DNA of 56,827 bases, filler included, from an uncultured virus (IMG/VR IMGVR_UViG_2049941000_000867) (30 parts of one record of this genome joined end to end with filler, not necessarily neighbours in it); one strand, 5' to 3'; positions 1 to 10,868 are shown, counted from the first letter of the whole stretch. The notes: generated by a model from the letters alone, not told the origin. Numbers and translations are program-made.

Positions 1-312
1 TCATCGATTTATCCCCATACTACTATATTCAGGCGGTTTGGTGCCGGTCCGGTAATACTCCTTCGTATCATGGACGATTGTTCGAATCAGGCTTTCCCGT
101 CCCCCGGCACCCTGCGGCACGGATACATAGTAATACCATTTGCCCGGATACTCCCAGACATCCTCAAAATACGCCTCAACGGGATATCGGTCAAAGACCT
201 TGTCCGCCTTGGGATATGTTTTTCTGACGATCTCCAGGGCCTCTGCGTGGATGATATCCCTGAACTCATTAGCTAATTCCAGGTCTTGTTCACTGTAATC
301 ATGCTGCGGCAT
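1..312 (-). CDS. Hypothetical protein, probably a non-phage fragment
   Basis: Complete 103-aa ORF directly downstream of a hydrolase-like fragment; no phage motif recognised. Confidence 0.5.
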   Translation of the reverse strand: MPQHDYSEQDLELANEFRDIIHAEALEIVRKTYPKADKVFDRYPVEAYFEDVWEYPGKWYYYVSVPQGAGGRESLIRTIVHDTKEYYRTGTKPPEYSSMGINR

Positions 313-336
313 TATCTTACCTCATCAAACTGCGAT

Positions 337-535
337 TTAGCTGTCTAATCCATCAATAAATGCCTTTATGACCTCGCTGCATACCTCCGGCTTTTGCTCA
401 TAGATCATATGATCGCCGCCCAGCAGGACGACTTCACAGTTACCCATTTTCTCGGCATAGGGATAGATGATCTCCTGTCTCAGTTCTTCCATTCGTTCTA
501 CCTGATCCTGTATTTTTTCATCAGGTATTCCGTCA
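337..535 (-). CDS. Alpha/beta hydrolase C-terminal fragment, likely foreign
   Basis: Ends CEVVLLGGDHMIYEQKPEVCSEVIKAFIDGL, the typical catalytic-His C-terminus of alpha/beta hydrolases; cut by the N gap. Confidence 0.55.
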
Positions 536-545
536 NNNNNNNNNN

Positions 546-851
546 CCCAACGAGAAAGAGACGGCTGAGATCTCATCTATCGTCTTCATGGCTCTTGGAC
601 TGGATGCCCGCCTGCTTGGTTCGTCACCAATGGCTTTGGTTGGTAGCAGTGGCGGTACGGACATCCGTGAGCGTTATCTGTTGCGTCTCATCCTGAAGTC
701 GCCCATCCAGAACGTCATGCTGAAGACGCTCGATGTGGTGTCGCATTTCAACGAATGGGACGAAAACCTCTGTTGGGAGATCGACCGCGAGGTGATGACT
801 ACGCTCGACCGTTCTAAATCAGGTGTAACAACTCAGGACAAACCCGAATAA
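546..851 (+). CDS. Putative portal protein, C-terminal fragment
   Basis: ISSIVFMALGLDARLLG...SGGTDIRERYLL...TTLDRSKSG resembles the C-terminus of Bacteroidales prophage portal proteins; the frame is open from the gap. Confidence 0.6.
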   Translation, partial: PNEKETAEISSIVFMALGLDARLLGSSPMALVGSSGGTDIRERYLLRLILKSPIQNVMLKTLDVVSHFNEWDENLCWEIDREVMTTLDRSKSGVTTQDKPE

Positions 852-853
852 CC

Positions 854-1882
854 ATGGCACAAGGATTACTCATACAAGGCGCATCACCGTTGGTTGGCTC
901 TCCAATCACGTTCAAGGTGCAGGCTGCCGTCATCAGTGGCGAGTGTGCTTTCCATCGTGTAAAGCTCACCGTACATGCCGGCATCTATGGTGGCAACTAT
1001 ACAGACCTGACGCTATCCTCACCTGCTGAGAGTGGCGAAAACCTGTACTTCGATGTTTCGTCTGCTCTCCGTGCCGTGGCTGATAGCTATGAGTACACTG
1101 CTACGCCTCCTGCTGCCTATCCCTATATCGTCTATGACCTGTCGGCCTGTGATGAGTATATGCAGAATGGTGAAGTGCATGATAATGTGGGTGTCGTGAC
1201 CAGCAACGGCCACAAAGCCATTTTTGGGGCCTACTCTGACCTGGAGCGCATCCTCAGTGGTGGCAGTAAACTGGCACAGCACTTTACCCGTAAGCCCAAC
1301 ACCACACCCGAAGTGGTGGCCGTAGGCGAGACAATGGTATGCCCTCAGTCGTTTGCAACGGCTATCAGTGAGGGTAGTATCACTACGGGGCCTACGTCAT
1401 CGGTGGTCAGTATTACAACGCCTGGCCTGCAAACCATCAATGGCCGTCAGGTGTATGCTGTGGCCGCCGGACAGACCGACCGCTACCAGTTCCGCTTTGT
1501 CAATGGTTTGGGCTGTCTCGAATCAATCAGTGTGCGCTCATTCAAGACCACTGAGACGAATGTAACGCAAGAGTCATACATTCGTGCCATACAAGAAACC
1601 TTTGGCTCGTTCTCGCGTGGCCTGGTGACAAAGAAAAACGACTATGAGACATGGAAGATGTCTTCTGGTCCTCTCGATGAAGCATGGCATTCGTGGTTTA
1701 TCCATGAGTTCCTGATGGCTAAGTTCGCTTGGATTAAGATAGGAAACAACTGGCTCGGTTGCCATATCGTGCCGGAAGAGACCGTAGAGGGCATCGACCG
1801 TACTAATGGATCTTTCTACGAAGTACAGTTCTCTGTCCGTCTCGACCTCAATGGCTCGCCTCTGGCTGCCCTCGCAATATAA
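854..1882 (+). CDS. Putative virion structural protein (342 aa)
   Basis: Complete ORF 2 nt after the portal stop; beta-rich, with a FRFVNGLGCLES motif seen in Bacteroidetes phage tail-associated proteins. Confidence 0.55.
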   Translation: MAQGLLIQGASPLVGSPITFKVQAAVISGECAFHRVKLTVHAGIYGGNYTDLTLSSPAESGENLYFDVSSALRAVADSYEYTATPPAAYPYIVYDLSACDEYMQNGEVHDNVGVVTSNGHKAIFGAYSDLERILSGGSKLAQHFTRKPNTTPEVVAVGETMVCPQSFATAISEGSITTGPTSSVVSITTPGLQTINGRQVYAVAAGQTDRYQFRFVNGLGCLESISVRSFKTTETNVTQESYIRAIQETFGSFSRGLVTKKNDYETWKMSSGPLDEAWHSWFIHEFLMAKFAWIKIGNNWLGCHIVPEETVEGIDRTNGSFYEVQFSVRLDLNGSPLAALAI

Positions 1883-1894
1883 AACAATGACGCT

Positions 1895-2645
1895 ATGAGT
1901 GAGATTCAGGTTTTCAATCATCCGCAGTTTGGCAATATCAGGATTACTGGCTCTCCTGATGCTCCAGAGTTTTGCGCAATGGATCTGTGCCGTGTGCTCG
2001 GATATGTCAATGGTCGTGATGCTGTGGCAAAGCATGTAGATGCTGATGATGTCGCAAAACGCGACACCACCGATTCTATTGGTCGTATTCAGCAGCTTAC
2101 CTATGTCAACGAGTCAGGCATGTATGCGCTCGTGTTGGGTAGTAAGATGTCAGAGGCTAAACGATTCAAGCATTGGATTACGTCTGAGGTGCTGCCTGCT
2201 ATCCGTCGCACTGGCTCCTATGCCATTGAGCAACTGTCACGAAAGCAGTTGGCTATGATGGTGGTCCAGGCAGAGGAAGAAAAGGAGCGTCTGGCTTTGG
2301 TAAATGAACAGCAAAAGCAGCAGTTGGATGAGCAACGTCCGAAGGTAATCTTTGCCGATGCTGTCATTGGTAGTAAGACGAATATCCTTGTGCGCGATAT
2401 GGCCAAACTCCTTCAGCAGAACGGCTATGACATTGGCGAGAAGCGTTTGTATTGTTGGCTTCGTGATAACAAATATCTCACGCTCTCCAATATGCCTATG
2501 CAGCGGTATTCCGAAATGGGCCTGNNNNNNNNNNTTTGTCGATGAAGGGGTGCATTCTGAGAATGGCGAAATGGCCAGTCATTTCACAACAAAGGTAACA
2601 CCAAAAGGACAACAGTATTTCATCAATAAATTCATCCGTAGTTAA
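1895..2645 (+). CDS. Phage antirepressor (BRO-N plus ANT/KilA-C); frame interrupted by the gap at 2525-2534
   Basis: N-terminal IQVFNHPQFGNIR...VNESGMYALVLGSK...AKRFKHWITSEVLPAIRRTGSY (BRO-N); C-terminal RPKVIFADAV...TTKVTPKGQQYFINKF (ANT). Confidence 0.9.
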
Positions 2646-2666
2646 ATCAAACAAAATAATAACGAT

Positions 2667-3203
2667 ATGAACCAGATTATCTCTTTCTTCCAGAGCTTTT
2701 TCTGCTCTATCCCACGTCTCGTTGCAGTCGCTTTGGGAATTGTATGGGCATGGTTGGAACCAACGCTCCCCTATGCCCTGTTGTGTGTGTTTGCTGTGTT
2801 AATAGACTGTCTGACAGCCTGGCGACTAAACCGACGCATCAAAGCAACATTCCCGAAAAGTAAAGCCGATGGTAAACTGAAATCGGCTCACATGTTCAAG
2901 ATGGTTAGTGACCTGGCGATTGTATGGTTCTGCATTCTGCTTGCTGAAGGTGTGGATAAGCATTTGCTCGCCCACCTCGGAGGCTTACACCTCGGTCAGT
3001 ATGTGGCTGCCATCTTCATCCTCTGTACCATGGTTAGCATCCTCGAAAACGAATCATCCTGTAATGGTTCTGCATGGGCAAGAGCCGTCCAAAAGATTGT
3101 CACCTCTAAGGTTGCACGTCACATTGACATCGACGAAGAGGAACTGGAGGCTGCTATCAAACCTAACAAGGCTAAAAAGCACAAGAAAGCTGTCAAAGAA
3201 TAA
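2667..3203 (+). CDS. Phage holin family protein
   Basis: About three hydrophobic segments, D..TAW and SILEN motifs, and a basic C-tail, typical of phage holin_4_1-like proteins. Confidence 0.75.
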   Translation: MNQIISFFQSFFCSIPRLVAVALGIVWAWLEPTLPYALLCVFAVLIDCLTAWRLNRRIKATFPKSKADGKLKSAHMFKMVSDLAIVWFCILLAEGVDKHLLAHLGGLHLGQYVAAIFILCTMVSILENESSCNGSAWARAVQKIVTSKVARHIDIDEEELEAAIKPNKAKKHKKAVKE

Positions 3204-3249
3204 TGTCACCTATGCCGTGATATCATCACGGCCTTAAAATTTGTTCGCT

Positions 3250-4443
3250 ATGCTTATCTCATCCCCCGAAGAACTGAGGCTTTATTCGCCCTCTAACGCC
3301 ATCGACAACATCGAGACGATGGCAGGTTTTTTTGATTCGTCTGAGCAGGACTTCCTAAAGGATAAACTCGGCGCACAGCTCCATCAGTCGTTGGTGGAAT
3401 ATTATCAGTCATTGCGCGATGGCGAGGGTGCTATTGCGGAGTTTATCGGGCAGATTGTAGCCGGCACTCCCCTACCCCCTTACGCCCGTCTGCTGACACT
3501 GGCACAGCGTATCATCACCTTTGATGCACTTGGTCGTGCCATTGACCAGCAGGCTATCAGTGTCAATGGTGCAGGCATCAATATCGGTGTGGCCGATGAC
3601 TACCAGAAAGTTGACCCCGCCACCATTGCGGCCTATAAGCAGAGCTGCATCAAAGAGTCTCATGCTGCTATCAATGCCTTGCTCGTGACACTCGAAGAGT
3701 GGACGCAGGAGGTNNNNNNNNNNATAGAGCTGCTCATCCTCCGAGAACAGAAAACCGAGGGAATCCGTGCCGGACAGCACGATCTTCATTCCGCTTGCCG
3801 CGTACACGTCAGAAAAGAGCGCTGCGCCGCTGATGAAGTCCTCCATGAGCGTGACTTCATCGAAGAATACGAACCGGAACTCTGCCTCCTCCAGGAATTT
3901 CAGATCCTGGTTCACAGAGGCCAGCGTATCCTTTNNNNNNNNNNAGATGACTACCAGAAAGTCGATCCTGCCACCATCAATGCCTATAAGCAGAGCTGCA
4001 TCAAGGAGTCTCACGCTGCTATCAATGCCTTGCTCGTGACACTCGAAGAGTGGACGCAGGAGGTGAATGCGATCGACCCTGCCACCATTGAGCCAGAAAG
4101 CTCTAACGCTGAGAAAAAGGAGATTACCGATTATTGGCGCACATCCCGCTATTTCTTCCTGGCTGCAAGTCTGGCTATCCCGTCGGCTACCATCCTTCAG
4201 GAATATCTCGACATCTACGGATCGCGTGAGAAGTTTATCCTCATGCTGCCTGACCTGCGTTTTATCCAGGAGGATATTTTGACTCCTATTATCGGCGAGG
4301 ATCTGATGGACTATCTCGTTGAAACAGCAACCAAGGGCACTGATGACCGCCTTTTGAAGCGTATCATCCACCGTTTGCGTAAGGCTATGGCCCGTCATCT
4401 GGAATCGCGCACCATGCAGATAAAAGTGGGCGACCCAAGACGT
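3250..4443 (+). CDS. Conserved Bacteroidales phage protein (DUF6712-like, possibly head-tail joining); fragmented, with a foreign insert at 3724-3934
   Basis: MLISSPEELRLY...FFDSSEQDFLKDKLG; the segment DDYQKVDP... is duplicated on both sides of the insert. Confidence 0.55.
3724..3934 (-). CDS. AAA-ATPase fragment, foreign contig scaffolded into a phage gene
   Basis: FVFFDEVTLMEDF (Walker B-like)...KIVLSGTDS; bounded by 10-N gaps on both sides. Confidence 0.6.
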
Positions 4444-4453
4444 NNNNNNNNNN

Positions 4454-5344
4454 TTCATCCAGACGGTCAAAGGACCAGAACAGTTGCGACACCGTGCAGA
4501 GCAGCTGCGCAAGATGGGTTATTCCATCCTTTTGCCCAGCGAAAACAACTATCTTAACATGGATGGTCCGCGTGAGTCGTGGAGTGACTTTATCGGCGCA
4601 CAACTGCGCTCTGGTGCCTCTGAGAATGGACGCGCACAGCGTAAGTCCATCCCTACCCTCTACTTCAGTAGTGGTAATGAGGTGAAAACGGGCGTTTCCG
4701 ACAAAGGCACAAAGGACTTGGGCTATATTGAGTGGGGATTGGGCAACACACTGCCTAACCTCGTGGCCTTGCTCACAAACATGTTGCCCTACACAGCTGC
4801 TGGTGTTGAGTTCAATCAGATGCTCGTGACGGGTCTCGGTCCCCAGCCGAAATTTGACGTGGCTCAATATGTGGGTGGTAACATCACCACCACGAAGATA
4901 CGCTATAAGGATGCTGGCAAATGGCTCCGTGGCCGTATCATCGACCTCCAGCGTGAGCTTCTGAAACTCCACTCAGAGCATAATGCTACTACTCCCGCTG
5001 GCTCTTCGGCTGGTGATGAGGGTGTTAGTGTGCTCGGTGGTTCTGCCACCGAGGGTGGTGCTCCATCGGCTTCCGCTAACCAGGTGTTTGATAGCCTTTG
5101 TGAATCTATCAGTGAACAGATTGAGGATCTGCAAAAGGCCCTGAAGAAATGGAATGAGACATGGCCAAAGGTAAAGGACTTTCTGGAGCGTAACAACCTT
5201 GCACAGACATGGCTTGCTGTGTCGCTCGATCAGGTGATGTTTAATATTTCATTCCCAGAATTGCAGTTGAACCAGCGACAACTCGATAAAAATAATAAGG
5301 ATGTAGAGACGAAAGATTGGACTCCAGCCATTACGGGATTGTCC
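4454..5344 (+). CDS. Putative portal protein, N-terminal fragment
   Basis: GYIEWGLGNTLPN motif; ends ...AITGLS, which overlaps the start of the minus-strand fragment at 14673 (ITGLSYRSCHTTRLE). Confidence 0.6.
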
Positions 5345-5354
5345 NNNNNNNNNN

Positions 5355-6324
5355 CAAACTGGTGACTCCTGCTTACGCTAAGACGCAATATCTCTCGCGT
5401 ACTCACGATGACACCGCCAATGGCGACATCACCTTCAATAACTCCATACTCGTTAAGGGTGAAACGGTNNNNNNNNNNTAAACTGGTGACACCTGCTTAC
5501 GCTAAGACGCAATATCTCTCGCGTACTCACGATGACACCGCAAATGGCGACATCACCTTCAATAACTCCATACTCGTTAAGGGTGAAACGGTGCTGAAAC
5601 GCTCTGTCACCATTGGCGATTATGAGAAGGATATTCAGGTAGGCATCGGCTCGCGCACCGGCATGAAGATGCTGCCAGACGGCACCATTATTGCCCGCTC
5701 GTTGGAACTGTCGGAATCGCTGTCGGTACCAACCATCAAATACAACCAGATTGAGGTGCTTTCAGGCACCCGCTGGGACTCTGCCGGTAAGGGANNNNNN
5801 NNNNCGTCTTCCATGATGATGATCCCCGCTATGTCTATATCGCCATCCCAAAGAGNNNNNNNNNNTGTCTTCCATGATGATGATCCCCGCTATGTCTATA
5901 TCGCCATCCCAAAGAGCAATGCCGCCGACATTCCCGCACAGGTGGTATGGCCGTCTGAAGAGTTGGATATCTACGGATGTAATGAGGGAGGTACACAGGT
6001 AGGTTCCACCGATTACTACTACATCTGGACGCGAGGCATTATCTCAGCCTCTCGTGTGAATGGTGTGGCACAGGATCGTGTCTGGAGTCAGGTAGTAGAT
6101 ACTGGTACGCTGGCTTCTGATGAAGCGATTGCCAGTGGTGGTGAAGGCACCTGGTGGGAGTATATCGCTACTACCGACATGGTGAAGTTCCTGAAGACTA
6201 TCAGTGAGGCTGTATTTGAGAAACTGACGGCTTCCTGGGCCTCTATCACTCAGCTGGTACTTCACGGCCATACCATCAATGGCGTGGCTAATCCTAAGAC
6301 GGTGGCCGATGCCAATGCCAACGA
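5355..6324 (+). CDS. Large tail/virion protein, several internal fragments
   Basis: YLSRTHDDTANGDITF and PTIKYNQIEVLSG motifs recur in Bacteroidales phage tail proteins; pieces are duplicated across gaps. Confidence 0.55.
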
Positions 6325-6334
6325 NNNNNNNNNN

Positions 6335-6484
6335 TCCCAGCCCGTCGATGCCACGCATGTAGCACATCACCATGCTACCTGACGAACAGTTAGCATGGAT
6401 GTAGTTACGATCACCAGCGGCATTGAGTTGAACAAACAGAGCACTGGATGAAAACCAATAATCGGATGGACGGGCGACTGTCAT
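6335..6484 (-). CDS. N-terminal fragment of a virion protein (MTVARPSDYWFSSSALFVQLNA...)
   Basis: ATG follows an AT-rich leader just downstream of the 6501-7154 gene; truncated by a gap. Confidence 0.45.
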
Positions 6485-6500
6485 ATTGTATATTTATGAG

Positions 6501-7154
6501 TTAGAGGTTATCACCCGAAGCAGGTGCTTCAGGAACGGTAGTTTCACCCGACGGAGAGCCATCGGGCACAGTGGTTTCTTCAGAGACAGGGAGGTGATAC
6601 TTTTCCTTATTGATACAGCCGATGGCAGGGAGCGGCTGGTCCTGGTCAATGGATAGCTCCATCAAGTGCCATTCAGCATACTTGACAGGCAAACTGCCCC
6701 ACTCGCATTTATCGAGCGAGAGGCCACGAAGCGACAGCATCGTAGGCGTGTCGTAGGTCTCGCCAGTGATAGGACAGCGGCCATAGTGTTTCAGATCACG
6801 GAGATACTGAATGAGATCCTGCACCATGTCATCCATCAGCAGCTGCTGGTCAGTGCCCAGCTCATCATCCTGCTTGGCATTCTTAGCCAGCGAGCGCGTC
6901 TTGGCACGGGACATGAAGTATATGGTGTGTCGATAGTTCACCACCTTGGTAGAGTTCATTTCCGCATCTACCAGGACCGAATAGGCCATACATGGCGACT
7001 TTGCCGTGTTCTGATTACGCACAAACTCCGAATCCTGATTGATGGTCTTGATTTCGTAGTATGCCTTATCCTTAGAGCCACGTTTCGGGTCATGCGATAT
7101 GGGCTTGTATAACTGTGCCCACTTTTCGAGGATAGTAGAGAGATTGCTGGTCAT
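6501..7154 (-). CDS. Hypothetical phage protein (217 aa), possibly tail completion
   Basis: Complete ORF in structural context; the C-terminal TTVPDGSPSG is encoded by the dispersed hairpin repeat. Confidence 0.55.
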   Translation of the reverse strand: MTSNLSTILEKWAQLYKPISHDPKRGSKDKAYYEIKTINQDSEFVRNQNTAKSPCMAYSVLVDAEMNSTKVVNYRHTIYFMSRAKTRSLAKNAKQDDELGTDQQLLMDDMVQDLIQYLRDLKHYGRCPITGETYDTPTMLSLRGLSLDKCEWGSLPVKYAEWHLMELSIDQDQPLPAIGCINKEKYHLPVSEETTVPDGSPSGETTVPEAPASGDNL

Positions 7155-7282
7155 AACTAATCGAGGGCAGGGGTTACAAACATGACAGAGCCAGAGNNNN
7201 NNNNNNNNNNNNNNNNNNNNNNNNNNNNNNNNNNNNNNNNNNNNNNNNNNNNNNNNNNNNNNNNNNNNNNNNNNNNNNNNNN

Positions 7283-7405
7283 ACTCGTATCATCACGATT
7301 ACCAACGATGACATGCCCCCGACATGGGGTAGCGGTTCCATCGTGAACTTTATCGTCACTGCCAGCTATGGATCCCTGACGATTGATAACGCGGTACAAA
7401 TGTAA
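7283..7405 (+). CDS. C-terminal fragment of a virion protein (TRIITITNDDMPPTWGSG...AVQM*)
   Basis: Open frame from the gap to TAA; plausibly the end of the 10869-12156 protein (inference). Confidence 0.4.
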   Translation, partial: TRIITITNDDMPPTWGSGSIVNFIVTASYGSLTIDNAVQM

Positions 7406-8017
7406 ATTTCGTGTTCATTACCCCCGCTGCAATTCAGCAGCAAAGCCGTGCTACGAGTNNNNNNNNNNNNNNNNNNNNNNNNNNNNNNNNNNNNNNNNNN
7501 NNNNNNNNNNNNNNNNNNNNNNNNNNNNNNNNNNNNNNNNNNNNNNNNNNNNNNNNNNNNNNNNNNNNNNNNNNNNNNNNNNNNNNNNNNNNNNNNNNNN
7601 NNNNNNNNNNNNNNNNNNNNNNNNNNNNNNNNNNNNNNNNNNNNNNNNNNNNNNNNNNNNNNNNNNNNNNNNNNNNNNNNNNNNNNNNNNNNNNNNNNNN
7701 NNNNNNNNNNNNNNNNNNNNNNNNNNNNNNNNNNNNNNNNNNNNNNNNNNNNNNNNNNNNNNNNNNNNNNNNNNNNNNNNNNNNNNNNNNNNNNNNNNNN
7801 NNNNNNNNNNNNNNNNNNNNNNNNNNNNNNNNNNNNNNNNNNNNNNNNNNNNNNNNNNNNNNNNNNNNNNNNNNNNNNNNNNNNNNNNNNNNNNNNNNNN
7901 NNNNNNNNNNNNNNNNNNNNNNNNNNNNNNNNNNNNNNNNNNNNNNNNNNNNNNNNNNNNNNNNNNNNNNNNNNNNNNNNNNNNNNNNNNNNNNNNNNNN
8001 NNNNNNNNNNNNNNNNN

Positions 8018-8053
8018 TGTCCCTACCTTTTCCCCCGTTTCCCCTATATTTGC
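8018..8053 (+). promoter_or_regulatory. Putative late promoter, TGTCCC / 25-nt spacer / TATATTTGC class
   Basis: tgtccctaccttttcccccgtttcccctatatttgc; Bacteroidetes -7 element TAnnTTTG about 60 nt before the ATG at 8113. Confidence 0.7.
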
Positions 8054-8112
8054 AGTGATAAAAATTTGTTGTTTCATGCTGCTGTCACAGCGGCCCCTAA
8101 AAAATTAAGATT

Positions 8113-8355
8113 ATGACAAGCTCTATTCAAGAACCGTGCTGCATCGAGAACACCCTGCCTCGACTGCTTCGTGAACATGCTCTCGCCACCTGGCAGACCA
8201 ATGGCGATGTAACCTTTGATAAGCTGATGAAGGCTGTCGGCTGTCTCGCTGGTGATGCTATCACCGTCACAGTCATCACACCATCAATCGACATTGCACA
8301 TCTGCGTTACCTCCGTTGGTTGCATCAGCGTGGATGGCTGAAGGAACTGAAAGTG
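8113..8355 (+). CDS. Hypothetical phage protein, N-terminal fragment
   Basis: ATG downstream of the promoter motif with an AT-rich leader; truncated at the linker. Confidence 0.5.
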
Positions 8356-8399
8356 NNNNNNNNNNNNNNNNNNNNNNNNNNNNNNNNNNNNNNNNNNNN

Positions 8400-8411
8400 T
8401 TAATTAATTAA
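8400..8411. other. Artificial scaffold linker TTAATTAATTAA (first of many, each flanked by about 44 N)
   Basis: Identical six-frame-stop 12-mer between N runs throughout the window (e.g. 9273, 10686, 12201, 14718, 18537, 55718). Confidence 0.97.
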
Positions 8412-8455
8412 NNNNNNNNNNNNNNNNNNNNNNNNNNNNNNNNNNNNNNNNNNNN

Positions 8456-8653
8456 CATCGTTGTGGGTGCCCAGGAGGTAGGACTACATGCCTACACGTC
8501 CTTTGACGCACTCGGTGTATTCAGTCGCCGCACCGATGACCCAGCAGCGGCCTCACGCCCCTTTGACGTGTCACGCGATGGACTGGTGCCGTCGGGTGGT
8601 GCAGCAGCTGTCATCCTTGAAAGTGAAGCCCATGCCGCACAGGGCTGTCGCCG
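8456..8653 (+). CDS. Beta-ketoacyl-ACP synthase (FabB/FabF-like), middle fragment
   Basis: GAQEV...SFDALGVFS...ASRPFDVSRDGLVPSGGAAAVILES is the ketosynthase SRPFD..RDG signature. Confidence 0.9.
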
Positions 8654-8663
8654 NNNNNNNNNN

Positions 8664-8800
8664 ACCTCGTAGATCTGATTATGGGCGTAGAGACCGCCTT
8701 TGACATCAAACTCGACATGGCCGATGCAAAGAACACCAAGACCATTCGTGACCTGATAAACTTTATTCGTGAAGTAAAGCCGGAGCTATGCGCACAGTAA
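8664..8800 (+). CDS. Acyl carrier protein, C-terminal half (not in the supplied ORF track)
   Basis: Manual translation DLVDLIMGVETAFDIKLDMADAKNTKTIRDLINFIREVKPELCAQ*; matches ACP helix II-IV; overlaps the ketosynthase ATG by 13 nt. Confidence 0.85.
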
Positions 8801-9228
8801 TCACAGGCATGGGCATCTGGTCGTGCATCGGCGAAGACGTGCATACGGTGGAACAGTCGTTGCGCACTCGTTGTGCCGGCATTGGCACCGACTATCGCCG
8901 TACAGAATACGGCTACCAGTCGCCACTCACGGGTATAGTGCTCCGTCCTGACCTGAAGGCAGAGCATTTGAAACGTGCCCAGCGTACTTGCATGGGAGAG
9001 CCTGCCGAATATGCTTACATGGCGGTAAAGCAGGCCCTCGCTCAGAGTGGCATCACCGACCTGCATCACTGTGGCCTGATAGTCAGCAATGACAGTACGG
9101 CTAATGCCCTGGCAGAGACAGAGGAAATCATGCAACTGCACCATGACAGCCGTCATTTGGGTGCAGGCATGGTGTTCCGTACATTGAACAGCACCGTGTC
9201 GATGTCGCTGGCTTCCATCTTTGGCATC
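8788..9228 (+). CDS. Beta-ketoacyl-ACP synthase, N-terminal fragment
   Basis: MRTVITGMGIWSCIG...GYQSPLTGIV...EYAYMA...NSTVSMSLASIFGI closely resembles Bacteroidales FabB-like enzymes. Confidence 0.9.
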
Positions 9229-9365
9229 NNNNNNNNNNNNNNNNNNNNNNNNNNNNNNNNNNNNNNNNNNNNTTAATTAATTAANNNNNNNNNNNNNNNN
9301 NNNNNNNNNNNNNNNNNNNNNNNNNNNNCAGCAGGTTCTCGTAATAACCAAAAACAATAAGAGTA

Positions 9366-9935
9366 ATGAACATTTTTAAGAAATGGCGTGAATATCGCGC
9401 CGCCAAGAGAAAGAAAAAGGAACTGCGTCAAACCAGCCGAGTATTTGGTCACATTGAACAGTTGACAAAGAGCCACATGCTCATTTGGGAACTGAAAGAC
9501 CGTCGCCTGTTTATTGCACAGCCATTGGCCATGGTCATGCTGTCGCGTGGTGCTGAAGCATGGCGAAACTTCCTGAACAATGTCTATCTGTATCATGTCT
9601 TCTGCTTGCAACAGCAGCAGTGGGATCAGTATGTGCTCGACTTGCAGCGTAAGGCTGTGGCAGAGCGCGTGGCCAGTGGTATCAAGGTGAAGCCAGGCGA
9701 ACTGGACCGTATTCGTCGTGCTGTGCGTGACGGCATCAATAAGGATGGTGTGGCACTGCCTCCCATCGAGGCGTTTGATTTCTATATCATTGCCGACAAT
9801 GCCAGTGGCGACGCACAGGCTGAGATCACCTTCGTTGGTGAGTATAACCCCGAAACCCGATTGTTTGATATGGCATCCTGGGAGGAAGTGAAAGCTGCCG
9901 TTCAAGAGGCCAAAAAGAATACCGAAAAAGAGTAG
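9366..9935 (+). CDS. Hypothetical phage protein (189 aa)
   Basis: Complete ORF immediately upstream of the ACP start; no recognised motif. Confidence 0.6.
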   Translation: MNIFKKWREYRAAKRKKKELRQTSRVFGHIEQLTKSHMLIWELKDRRLFIAQPLAMVMLSRGAEAWRNFLNNVYLYHVFCLQQQQWDQYVLDLQRKAVAERVASGIKVKPGELDRIRRAVRDGINKDGVALPPIEAFDFYIIADNASGDAQAEITFVGEYNPETRLFDMASWEEVKAAVQEAKKNTEKE

Positions 9936-9940
9936 TGTCT

Positions 9941-10065
9941 ATGACTGAAAATGAATTATTCAATAGAATACTTGACGTGATGGAGGCTCGTTTCGACAAC
10001 ATGCCACCGCGTCATTCCGTCACTATCGACGATAACTTTGCCGAAGACCTGGACTTGGAATCGCT
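9941..10065 (+). CDS. Acyl carrier protein, N-terminal half
   Basis: MTENELFNRILDVM...DDNFAEDLDLESL; joined to 8664-8800 it gives DLDLESLDLVDLIM, the phosphopantetheine-Ser motif. Confidence 0.8.
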
Positions 10066-10075
10066 NNNNNNNNNN

Positions 10076-10586
10076 CAATGTGGTGCTCCGTTCCTTTGCC
10101 CGCCAGTCTGTGCAGGCAATGGAACAGGGCTTTCGTACTCAGCACGTCTGGCCTTATGAGATCTATCCTGGCTTTGCCAAGATAAACGCTATCCGTAAGG
10201 CTCGTGCCATGAGAGGTGGTAAGGATTGGTTTGCTACTGGTGAGGGTTTGAAGTCGTTTCAGTATGAAGTGATGTCTGCCGCACAGGGTAACGAGACCAT
10301 CCGTATTGAGTTCAATCACTACCTGCGCTTCGTTGACATGGGTACTGCCGGCGGTAAGCCTATCGAGACGGTGGACCGTGCGCGTAAAGCTCATTACAGC
10401 CGTCGCTATGTCACGATATGGAGCGCAAGGGATGGTGACACACATCGACCATTCTCTATAATGATGGAAGCCCGCCACCTTGAAGGGCGTATGCAACGCT
10501 ATCTCGAAGACTATTACGGACGTGAGGTGAATGCTCAGATCTATCGTACATTTAGTGGCCTCGGTGCCATTGACTTGACCCTGTAG
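10076..10586 (+). CDS. Putative neck/tail morphogenesis protein, 5-prime truncated
   Basis: WFATGEGLKSF...IEFNHYLRFVDMGT motif of conserved Bacteroidales prophage structural-region genes. Confidence 0.5.
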
Positions 10587-10868
10587 TGTGCCTGCTGTTT
10601 CTGCCAGCAGGTACTCATAATAACCAAAAACAATAAGAGTANNNNNNNNNNNNNNNNNNNNNNNNNNNNNNNNNNNNNNNNNNNNTTAATTAATTAANNN
10701 NNNNNNNNNNNNNNNNNNNNNNNNNNNNNNNNNNNNNNNNNTTTTCTATACCTGAGTCCTATACCTTTCTATACCAATCTTTTCATCAGTACATTATTTG
10801 ATGAATTGATGAAATAATGAATTTTTATTTTTCTCCGCTTTTCTATACTTAATGTTTTNNNNNNNNNN

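Noticed and set aside
1..535. Host flank or attachment site of a prophage
   Set aside because: Separated from phage DNA by a gap that falls in the middle of the portal gene; no att repeat or integrase.
3214..3232. Inverted repeat GCCGTGAT-ATC-ATCACGGC after the holin as another late promoter or repeat-family member
   Set aside because: Lacks the TGTCCC/25-nt arrangement and the hairpin consensus; at most an ordinary weak terminator.
3724..3934. Intron, intein or nested antisense gene in the 3250-4443 ORF
   Set aside because: The insert is bounded by 10-N gaps and flanked by duplicated phage sequence; mis-scaffolded foreign DNA.
7383..8116. Long ORFs across N runs (also 12950-14120 and 37314-38622) and many antisense ORFs in the track
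   Set aside because: Open only because N translates as X, or shadows of real genes on the opposite strand.
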